A stretch of 62,111 nucleotides of DNA, the filler included, from Candidatus Fermentibacterota bacterium (GTDB lineage Bacteria > JAFGKV01): the NCBI GenBank assembly GCA_016928395.1. It is 6 parts of 6 records of this genome, joined end to end, with 100 filler letters (N's around TTAATTAATTAA, not from the genome) between each part and the next. Parts side by side here need not be neighbours in the genome. Positions count along the whole stretch, not along the records: positions 1 to 7,031 come from JAFGKV010000262.1; positions 7,132 to 35,957 come from JAFGKV010000264.1; 4 more parts are not named here. One strand, 5' to 3'. Under the pieces are notes generated by a model. It had not been told where the DNA came from, did no database searches, and saw only the letters and a list, made by a program, of their open reading frames with translations. The position numbers and the translations under genes are program-made. This document shows, one piece after another, positions 1 through 7,622 of this stretch. How positions within the stretch are numbered: the stretch's first letter is position 1; every line of letters starts with the position of its first letter.

Positions 1-120
1 AGGTCATGCTCATGTCCCCGGACAGCACATAGGCCGATCCCGACCAGTAAGACTCGGAGGCGCAGACATGGTCGGCTCAGGAGCCTTGCGCCGCGACCCT
101 TAATTCATGGAGAACCGGCC

Positions 121-149
121 TTGACAAGGCTCGATCCCTTGCATAGACT
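121..149 (+). promoter_or_regulatory. sigma70-type promoter upstream of the RiPP precursor
   Basis: TTGACA (121-126), 17-nt spacer, TAGACT (144-149). Confidence 0.6.
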
Positions 150-295
150 GTTTTCGGCAGATGTACTCGTATAGTCGAAGGAGAACCTGAAGGCAGAAGG
201 GAGGTGCAGCAAGGGAGGAAGCATACGTCCGAACTGCTCCACCGAGGGGCCCCCCCCTCGACGACGGAAGAATCAAGGTAGTAGGTGGTAGTAGA

Positions 296-577
296 ATGGG
301 CAAGTACGAATCGCCAATTCTTATCCCCTTAGGGGAGATGGCCAAAGGGTCTGGACTCTGTGAAACGGGAAGCTCAGTTGCGCCGGTGACCTGCACGGTC
401 GGTGATGCCGATGCGGCGGTGCTTGATTGCACCGCTGGCTATACTGCAACGCAGGACTGCAGCGCGGGCCCCACAGCAACTCGCGATTGCACTGCCGGCA
501 CTGCCGCACTCAATGCGTGCACTGCGGGTACCGATGCGATAGCGGCGTGCACGGACGGCACTGCTGACACACCGTAG
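296..577 (+). CDS. putative RiPP precursor peptide with CxxG repeats (SynChlorMet-type cassette)
   Basis: 93 aa; leader MGKYESPILIPLG resembles the YxxPxL RRE-binding motif; core has 7 CxxG motifs, the last five at 10-aa spacing; upstream of PqqD and radical SAM genes. Confidence 0.8.
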   Translation: MGKYESPILIPLGEMAKGSGLCETGSSVAPVTCTVGDADAAVLDCTAGYTATQDCSAGPTATRDCTAGTAALNACTAGTDAIAACTDGTADTP

Positions 578-1266
578 GTTGGGGAATAGACGATTGCACT
601 GCCGCTAGCGGCTCGCGAGAGACCGCTTCGCGGCTGGCCTGACTCTGTAGCGCTATTTTGGGCGAGGATGATTCCTCCAGGCCGAGAATAGCGTTGGGTG
701 AGGAGCGATTGTTTTCCCGTCGACCTGTAGTCTCTTCTGATACCGAATTGCGGCACGTGAAGGTGCCAAGGAGATGGCACGATTGGAGAAGCAGGGTAGG
801 CGGCGCGCCGGGAGGCTGCAGGAGCCGCGGCCCACGACCCAGGCTGCCTGGCCCTCCGGCAATACGCCGCATGGTCAGGCTCCGGTCGTCCGCGCCTGGC
901 ACACTGCCGGTTCGAGAGGGCACGGGCAGTAGCGTATTCGTGGGCGCAACGGCGGTGTAGGCGTTCCGCACAGTCGAAGTCCAACCAGCCCCTGTGAGCG
1001 CCGCTCGGGAGGTTCTGGTGGCCTCTCCATTGCGCAGCGAGGGTTGCCGCGAGTGTGAACCCGGCTGCGCTTCGCAGGCCTGCGCATGAGCAAGCGTCAG
1101 GCCCTGCGTGTGATACGCGGCACCGGGTTTACCACGATCCGGCTGTCCTGCCCCGGGGGACGCCAAGCGAAACGACGACGCGATGACGACCGAGCGGGCG
1201 ATTGTCGCGTGCGGCAGGTCAGGCAGCGTTGTTGCCACAAGCGCGATTAGATGGAGAAAATGATCC

Positions 1267-1554
1267 ATGATTCAAACGGACAGACCGATCGCCAATCCCG
1301 TCGTTGTGCTCCGGGAGGAGTTCGCCGACTGGGCCGTGCTCTTCAATCCCGATACGGCCTATGCTGCAGGAACCAATCCTGTCGGTGTCGCAGTATGGAA
1401 ACTGATGGACGGTAAGAGAAGTCTCGACGATATCGTGTCGGAGATCCAGAACAGCTTTGAAGACACTCCGGACGCCGCCTTCAAAGAGATCGCCGCCTTC
1501 GTCAACACGCTCGCTGAGAACGGTTTTGTGGGGTTCGAGGTGGAGAACCAATAG
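1267..1554 (+). CDS. scmD: PqqD-family RiPP recognition element, SynChlorMet ScmD-like
   Basis: PIANPVVVLREEFADWAVLFNPDT...NPVGVAVWKLMDG...FVNTLAENGFV is typical of PqqD/ScmD. Confidence 0.85.
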   Translation: MIQTDRPIANPVVVLREEFADWAVLFNPDTAYAAGTNPVGVAVWKLMDGKRSLDDIVSEIQNSFEDTPDAAFKEIAAFVNTLAENGFVGFEVENQ

Positions 1555-1568
1555 TGGTGTCTCAGGTC

Positions 1569-1800
1569 ATGCGTGCGCCGTGCAGCCTGACCACTGATCA
1601 CTGCACGCTGCGATCTTCCCTGCCGCTACTGCTACTTCTTCAGCAACCCGGCGATGGTGTACCGGGATCTGCCTCCCGATGAATGGAGAAGCTTCTTCGC
1701 CGAACTGGGGTCGCTGGGCGTGCTGAGAGTCACCTTGGCAGGCGGAGAGCCGCCTATCGGGGAGGACCTGTGCGGGACAGGACAGCAGAAGACTGGATGA
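1569..1800 (+). pseudogene. scmE: frameshifted and truncated radical SAM gene, ScmE-like
   Basis: frame from 1597 reads ITARCDLPCRYCYFFSNPAMVYRDLPPDEWRSFFAELGSLGVLRVTLAGGEP and stops at 1800; ATG at 1569 is out of frame; not in ORF track. Confidence 0.75.
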
Positions 1801-1806
1801 CCCGGG

Positions 1807-2880
1807 ATGCCGACGCTCAATACCCTGTATTTCTACCTGACCGAAGGGTGTAACCTCGCATGTCGCCATTGTTGGATGGGGCCCCAGTTCCACGCCACAG
1901 GCAATCACTATCCCACCTTGCCGGTTGAATTATACGAGACGGCCATCCGTGAAGCTAGGCCGTTGGGGCTGAGTGGAGTCAAACTCACCGGCGGCGAGCC
2001 GTTGTTGCATCCCCACTTTGCCCGTTTGCTGGAGATTGTCCAGCGTGAAGAGTTGAAGCTGACGGTCGAGACCAACGGTCTGCTGTGCACGCCGGAGATT
2101 GCCGCTGAGATCGCCAAATCTCACAAACGATTCGTATCCGTCAGTATCGACGGAACCGACGCCGCGACCCACGAATGGGTGCGCGGTGTGCCGGGATCCT
2201 TCGAAGCGGCTCGACAGGCGGTGCGCAACCTTGTGGCCGCCGGCATCAGGCCGCAGGTCATCTTCACGGTGATGCGCAAAAATGCCGCGCAGGTGGACGC
2301 CATGGTGCGAATGGTCGCGGAACTGGGTGCGGGCTCGCTCAAGTTCAACGTGGTGCAGCCCACCGCCCGAGGCGAGAAGTTGCATGAAGACCAGGAGACC
2401 CTGTACATCGGCGACCTCATCGAGTTGGGGCGGCATGTGGAGCAGGAACTGGCGCCGAGGACCACGTTGAAGGTCTTCTTTCATTACCCACCTGCTTTTA
2501 GAGCCCTGCATCGCATCGCCGGCGGGGATGGGTGTGGTGCCTGTGGTATTTTCGGCATCCTGGGCGTCATCGCCAGCGGACACTATGCCCTGTGCGGCAT
2601 CGGCCAGCAGGTGCCGGAACTGGTCTTCGGCGAGGTGGGGAAGGACTCGTTAGAAGAGGTATGGCGAGAAAATGCCACCTTGAAAGAACTGCGAGAGGGC
2701 CTGCCCGAGCGACTGGAAGGGGTCTGCAGTCGCTGCCTGATGAAGAGGCGCTGCAGGGGCTCATGCATTGCTCAGAACTACTACAGCAAGGGCAGCCTGT
2801 GGGCGCCATACTGGTTCTGTGAACAGGCGGAAGAGGCGGGTCTCTTCCCACCTTCACGTGTGGGGACACGACCCGCATAG
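1807..2880 (+). CDS. scmF: radical SAM/SPASM peptide maturase, ScmF-like
   Basis: CNLACRHC motif, TGGEP, Cys-rich SPASM C-terminus (CGACG...ALCGIG...CSRC...CRGSC). Confidence 0.88.
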   Translation: MPTLNTLYFYLTEGCNLACRHCWMGPQFHATGNHYPTLPVELYETAIREARPLGLSGVKLTGGEPLLHPHFARLLEIVQREELKLTVETNGLLCTPEIAAEIAKSHKRFVSVSIDGTDAATHEWVRGVPGSFEAARQAVRNLVAAGIRPQVIFTVMRKNAAQVDAMVRMVAELGAGSLKFNVVQPTARGEKLHEDQETLYIGDLIELGRHVEQELAPRTTLKVFFHYPPAFRALHRIAGGDGCGACGIFGILGVIASGHYALCGIGQQVPELVFGEVGKDSLEEVWRENATLKELREGLPERLEGVCSRCLMKRRCRGSCIAQNYYSKGSLWAPYWFCEQAEEAGLFPPSRVGTRPA

Positions 2881-2902
2881 TCTCAGTTCGTCACTGCCGT
2901 CA

Positions 2903-4528
2903 ATGCCTATTCAGACTGACAGCGGGAGCATCCCCGGCGCCGTGTTCTTCGCCGCCTATGCTGGCCCCAGCATGAATCCGACTCTGCGCGAGCCGGAGAT
3001 CATGGAGATCCTGCCCTATGACACCAGGCCCCTGCGTGTGGGCGATGTGGTTCTGTTTCTGTCACCGGAGGCTCATCAGCCGGTCGTACATCGCATTGTA
3101 CGTGTGACCCCCGCAGGCATATCCACGCTCGGTGACAACAATACCCACCAGGATGAGCCTCTTCTGCATCCGAGGAGCATCAAAGGCCAGGTGGTGGCCG
3201 CGTGGCGCGGGCAGAGGCGGCGGAAGATCGCCGGCGGGCTGCGAGGCCGGCTGACGGGCCGCTGGCTTCGTTGCCTACTCGTCCTTCGCCGTGGCGCGTC
3301 TCCTCTGCTCTATCCCCTGTATCATGCCCTGTCACGCGGGGGGTTGATCGCCTGGTTGGTCCCTGATCGATTCCGGCCGCGCGTCGTCGTCTTTCACGCC
3401 CAAGGCCGGGATCAGTTTCAGCTTCTGCTGGGCCGGCGTGTCATTGGCCGATACGATGACTACAGGCATCGATGGCAGATCCAACGGCCGTTTCACGTGC
3501 TTGTGGGGGGAAGAGCCCTTCCAAGGCAGCAGGACAAGACCCGCCTGAGCCGCCGCGTCTCGATTGAACGGCGACGAACCGTGGGCCATCCACCGACGCG
3601 GGAAGTATGGCATAGCCTGGCTTTGGCTGATGGGAGTCATTGGACAATTGCCGCCGGGGATGAGGAAGCCGCATCCATCGTCGCACAACTGGGATGCGCG
3701 ATGCAGTTGCCCAAGACCACGGGCGAAACGGAACCTTTTCAGCACAGTAATCCCTGCCGACTTGTCGTCACGGTGGACGCTCACACGTCCGTGGCGGATT
3801 GTTATGTCCCGTTGGCATCTGGGAACGACGGCGTCGTTGCCTGCATTCTGAGTCCATGCGACAGCTGGGGCGGCCCATACGTCAATCTGGTGAGACTATC
3901 GCTCATCTTTGCTCGCGAGGCGCAGGCCCGCGGAGGAGTCCTCATACACGGTGCGCTTGCTGAACGGGATGGCAACGGCGTGATCCTGGTTGGGCCGGGC
4001 GGGACGGGAAAGACCACTGCCAGCAATCGCCTTCCGGCCCCGTGGCGCTCGCTGTGCGACGATACCACGCTGGTGGTGCGGGATCCGCACGGGAACTACC
4101 AGGCGCACCCCTGGCCCACCTGGAGCCGCTTCCAGGACGGGGGTCCGGGCGGCACGTGGGACGTGCAGAACGCCGTGCCTCTCAAGGGCATCTTCATTCT
4201 AGCCCAGGCGGTTGAAGATCGGGTGGAACAGGTAGGCCCCGGGCAGGCGGTCAGCCTGCTCGTGGAGGGGGTGAGACAGGCCTCGATGTTCATGCCGCTG
4301 GGCCTGTTCAGAGACGAAGTCCGCACACTGTATCTTGAAGCGTTCAACAACCTTTGCGCCTTGGCCCGGATCGTACCTGCGCACATGCTTCACATCAGTC
4401 TGACCGGCCCCTTCTGGCAAGAGATTGAGCGGGCGCCTAAGGGAGACACGCGTGCGGAAACGCAGGAAACGAGCGTCAAAAACCAACCAGAATCAAAGCT
4501 CCGGAGCGTCGAAAGCGGGAGCGGATAG
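2903..4528 (+). CDS. scmC: fusion of S26 signal peptidase-like domain and HprK-related kinase (ScmC-like)
   Basis: N-term GPSMNPTL, VVHRIV, GDNN; C-term IHGAL...GPGGTGKTT...LCDD; start moved to ATG 2903, after the scmF stop. Confidence 0.78.
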   Translation: MPIQTDSGSIPGAVFFAAYAGPSMNPTLREPEIMEILPYDTRPLRVGDVVLFLSPEAHQPVVHRIVRVTPAGISTLGDNNTHQDEPLLHPRSIKGQVVAAWRGQRRRKIAGGLRGRLTGRWLRCLLVLRRGASPLLYPLYHALSRGGLIAWLVPDRFRPRVVVFHAQGRDQFQLLLGRRVIGRYDDYRHRWQIQRPFHVLVGGRALPRQQDKTRLSRRVSIERRRTVGHPPTREVWHSLALADGSHWTIAAGDEEAASIVAQLGCAMQLPKTTGETEPFQHSNPCRLVVTVDAHTSVADCYVPLASGNDGVVACILSPCDSWGGPYVNLVRLSLIFAREAQARGGVLIHGALAERDGNGVILVGPGGTGKTTASNRLPAPWRSLCDDTTLVVRDPHGNYQAHPWPTWSRFQDGGPGGTWDVQNAVPLKGIFILAQAVEDRVEQVGPGQAVSLLVEGVRQASMFMPLGLFRDEVRTLYLEAFNNLCALARIVPAHMLHISLTGPFWQEIERAPKGDTRAETQETSVKNQPESKLRSVESGSG

Positions 4529-4631
4529 GGCGCGACCGTTCCCGGCGAAGGATCCCGGCTGTGATGGGCCGCAAATCGCTGACCTGCACTCCGCCCAGGG
4601 CGCCTACGTTCCGCCATCCGTTTCAGTCGAA

Positions 4632-6626
4632 TCACGCGCCGATTTTCAGCCAAAGCCGGATGTTTGGCAGGATCCCTGAACCCGGGATGTCGGACGGAAA
4701 GACCTCAAACGAGATCTCGTTAGGGACATTGGGTTTGAGCAAGATGGACGGGAACCCAACGGTGTACCATGCCGCAGACCGCCGGTCGATTGTCAGGAGC
4801 TCGACGTCCTCTCCGTTAACTCGTACGAAGACGCGCAGGGGCGAGTCGGCGCCGGTGACCAGTTGGAGAGTGATGGCGGAGTAGCCCTTGACCTCCCGGA
4901 CCCCCCGCCCGGGGATGAACCACACCGCCGACTTCTTGGCTAAGGTCCGACGACTGGGGCCCCAGCTTTTCGCGGATTGAACGCTCCAATCGTGGAAGTA
5001 GGCAGTGATGCCGTCGGCCATCGAGACCTCCCTGCCGAGCGGAAACGTGGACAACCCCGCGGTCCTGTGGTCAACGAGGCGGCGTTCCACCCGAAGGCGG
5101 CTCGCAAGGAACTGCGCGTAGCGCCACTTGAAGAGATCTTCTTGGTAGACATCGATATCCGGCCTCGAGTTCCACCGAAGCGTCCACACGTTGAACAACC
5201 CCTGGTACGTGTGCATGAAGATGCTCACAATGGACGCGAGTAGAAACGCGAAAAGGGCTACACGCCGACGCCGCGTCTTCCTCTCCGCGAGATGTTCCCA
5301 CGCGATGAGGGTGAGGATCATGACTGCCGGGAACGCCTCGGTGAACACCCGAGGCCCATAGCAGTGCCCGCCATGCCATCGGAGTGGCCGCGCCACCCCA
5401 GCACAATGCAGTCCGAACCATGCGACCGCGAGCCGGAGCAGTGGATCTCTTCGTACGGCGCGATACTGAAGGGCGAGAACCGCGCCTGCGACGACGAAAA
5501 AGGGGCAGAACACGAGAAGGCCCCGGGAAGGGCTCACCAGCGACCCATTCACGGCAGAGATCGTCAGCGAAAGCGGCAGTGGCAGGAGCCTCCGTGCGAG
5601 GGTGTCGTGTCCCGCCACCAGAATCACCATGAGCCCCACTGTCACGAGCAGCAGTACGACGGCACCTCTCTCGGCCAGACGCCTCGTCCGCGACATGGTG
5701 GCTGACGTTCTCCGCACCACGCGATATCCGCCCACCGCGATGATCACGATACCCGCCAGCCCGACGAGCATGAGAGTTGGCTGCGGAAGACGCTTCAGGG
5801 GAGAGTAGTAGTCGGGCAGGAAGCGCCCGAACTCAAGGAGTGAGTATACGACGAAGGGGACGATCGCGAGTCCCATAGAGACCAGCACTCTACCGCCGTC
5901 TCGCGCACTCCGGAAAAAGATGAGCCCAAGGACAACCAGCGCGAATACTCCAGCCGTGGGTCTGCACAGAACGGCGAAGGCCAGCAGCACGCCAAGAAGC
6001 CAGGGCTTCAGGCTTGACCCTCTCCTCACATGCCTGGCGATGAGCACTAGGCAAAGCAGCACGAAGACAGTGGCGAAATCCGAACTCCACAGGGCCGTGC
6101 CCATGGTGCTGATCAGCGGGCTGCCGCACACGAAGGCAGTGGCAAGCACCAGGCTGGCGGTTTCGCCTGCGAAGCAACGCGAGAGGATGAAGGCGAGTAG
6201 AGCCGTGAAGGCGACGAGCGTAGCAGATATCAGGTTTTGAAGCCTGGCATCAGCCTCCGCGTCAACCATGTCCTCACCGGCGAGGTTCGCCAGCCACACA
6301 AAGGGCACGCTCGCCAGGGCGCTCCCCACCGGGAACGAGTAGTAGCAGTGCCCGCGGATCAGTCTGTACTTGCCCGAGAATTCGACTAGAACCTTCGGGG
6401 AAGGTACGGAGGTGCACTCGAAGTAGGGATCGAGCTTCAGCGTACCGGTCTTCACGAGAGCCTGCGCCGTCAAAAGCGTTCCCTGGGAGTCGCTGCCGGA
6501 ATAGTCGATGGGCGAAAGAAACGCGGCGAAGAACACCAGGATCATGAGGCATAGGATGCCCGGCTTGATGAGCCTCAGTGCTCCGCCTGGCGGCTTCATC
6601 CGGTCGCCGGGTTCGTATTCCCTCAT
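4632..6626 (-). CDS. polytopic membrane protein, GT-C/ArnT-PMT-like glycosyltransferase
   Basis: many hydrophobic helices; LCRPT, SPSRGLLVFCP and GGHCYGPR motifs. Confidence 0.6.
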   Translation of the reverse strand: MREYEPGDRMKPPGGALRLIKPGILCLMILVFFAAFLSPIDYSGSDSQGTLLTAQALVKTGTLKLDPYFECTSVPSPKVLVEFSGKYRLIRGHCYYSFPVGSALASVPFVWLANLAGEDMVDAEADARLQNLISATLVAFTALLAFILSRCFAGETASLVLATAFVCGSPLISTMGTALWSSDFATVFVLLCLVLIARHVRRGSSLKPWLLGVLLAFAVLCRPTAGVFALVVLGLIFFRSARDGGRVLVSMGLAIVPFVVYSLLEFGRFLPDYYSPLKRLPQPTLMLVGLAGIVIIAVGGYRVVRRTSATMSRTRRLAERGAVVLLLVTVGLMVILVAGHDTLARRLLPLPLSLTISAVNGSLVSPSRGLLVFCPFFVVAGAVLALQYRAVRRDPLLRLAVAWFGLHCAGVARPLRWHGGHCYGPRVFTEAFPAVMILTLIAWEHLAERKTRRRRVALFAFLLASIVSIFMHTYQGLFNVWTLRWNSRPDIDVYQEDLFKWRYAQFLASRLRVERRLVDHRTAGLSTFPLGREVSMADGITAYFHDWSVQSAKSWGPSRRTLAKKSAVWFIPGRGVREVKGYSAITLQLVTGADSPLRVFVRVNGEDVELLTIDRRSAAWYTVGFPSILLKPNVPNEISFEVFPSDIPGSGILPNIRLWLKIGA

Positions 6627-6663
6627 GCGAACGAATTCCTATCGGTCTCGTTACGCCGTTCGT

Positions 6664-7031
6664 TCATTCATGCGCCCCCTTGTCGAGCGCAGCAGGTACC
6701 ATCGCCCTTCGTTCAGGGCCTTCGCTCTCGATGCGAGACCTCCTCGGGCATCCTTGAGTCGCGCCGGCGTCAGGACTGGGCAGGATCCTCGACGTGCGCG
6801 GTGCGCGTTCCCCGAACGACGCGGTAGCTCTTGAGCTTTCTGTACAGCGTCGCCGAGCCGATGCCGAGTTGCTTAGCAGTCCGGGTCTGGTTTCCGCCGT
6901 TGACCTCGAGCACCGCCATGATGTAGTCCTTCTCGATCTCGTCCAGGGCCTTGACGGGGCCGGAAACCGACGGTGTCGGGACCGCCTGCCGGACCTCTTC
7001 AGGGAGATCGTCGAGTTCTATCAGGCTGGCG
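6664..7031 (-). CDS. C-terminal part of a sigma54-dependent regulator (Fis-type HTH), partial
   Basis: manual translation IELDDLPEEV...LDEIEKDYIMAVLEVNGGNQTRTAKQLGIGSATLYRKLK; cut by contig end. Confidence 0.8.
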
Positions 7032-7131
7032 NNNNNNNNNNNNNNNNNNNNNNNNNNNNNNNNNNNNNNNNNNNNTTAATTAATTAANNNNNNNNNNNNN
7101 NNNNNNNNNNNNNNNNNNNNNNNNNNNNNNN
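7032..7131. other. artificial contig spacer
   Basis: N runs flanking TTAATTAATTAA, 100 nt; same at 35958-36057, 42665-42764, 50686-50785, 57729-57828. Confidence 0.97.
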
Positions 7132-7296
7132 AACCCTAACCTGTAGCTCCACGCCACGGCACCGGAAGTTGCATCACGTATCGTCCGGGCGGGCCCGGGG
7201 CCCCCACTCGTTTGAGAGTTCATCCACGCACTCGTACTCGGATGTGCGCCTCTCGAGAGCGATACTGATACCGACTCCGAGCCCCGCCTTCCCGCA

Positions 7297-7322
7297 GGCG
7301 ACCAGAGACGGTCGCCCCTACG
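7297..7322 (-). repeat. GTAG-type REP-like palindrome
   Basis: CGTAGGGGCGACCGTCTCTGGTCGCC on the minus strand; 25/26 identical to 39716-39741. Confidence 0.7.
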
Positions 7323-7356
7323 ACGGCAACGGTTTCTCGTAGCGCTGAGCGGGCCT

Positions 7357-7419
7357 GATAGCTGACAGCCGATAGCTGACAGCCGATAGCTGACAGCCGA
7401 TAGCTGACAGCCGATAGCC
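7357..7419. repeat. tandem 14-bp repeat (GATAGCTGACAGCC) x4.5
   Basis: four perfect copies; related heptamers at about 39529-39555. Confidence 0.9.
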
Positions 7420-7622
7420 ACCAGCCGGCCGTAGTCTCAACCTCGAAAACCCTGGGTGCTCTCGCATCCAGAGGCCTTGCTGAGGACTGCAAGCGAAGCG
7501 AAGCCGGCAGTCGGCGGTACGCAGCATTCAGGATCCAGAATCCAGAAGTCAGGATTCAGAAGGCCCATCCATCCGTCCGTCCAATCATCCAATCATCCGA
7601 TCGTCCAGTCGGCAGTCAGCAA

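Noticed and set aside
150-295. Possible riboswitch in the precursor 5' UTR
   Set aside because: Only a short CGAGGGG/CCCCTCG hairpin is seen; no known aptamer consensus
578-1266. ORFs between the precursor and scmD (439-984, 510-1268, 658-960) as a second precursor or tailoring gene
   Set aside because: No recognisable motif, leader or RBS; could be decayed DNA but cannot be supported
7032-7131. TTAATTAATTAA motif repeated five times within N runs
   Set aside because: Artificial six-frame-stop linker; genes across spacers are not neighbours, and ORFs running into the Ns are artefacts
7357-7419. Tandem repeat as possible CRISPR array
   Set aside because: Contiguous 14-bp units with no spacers, and no cas genes
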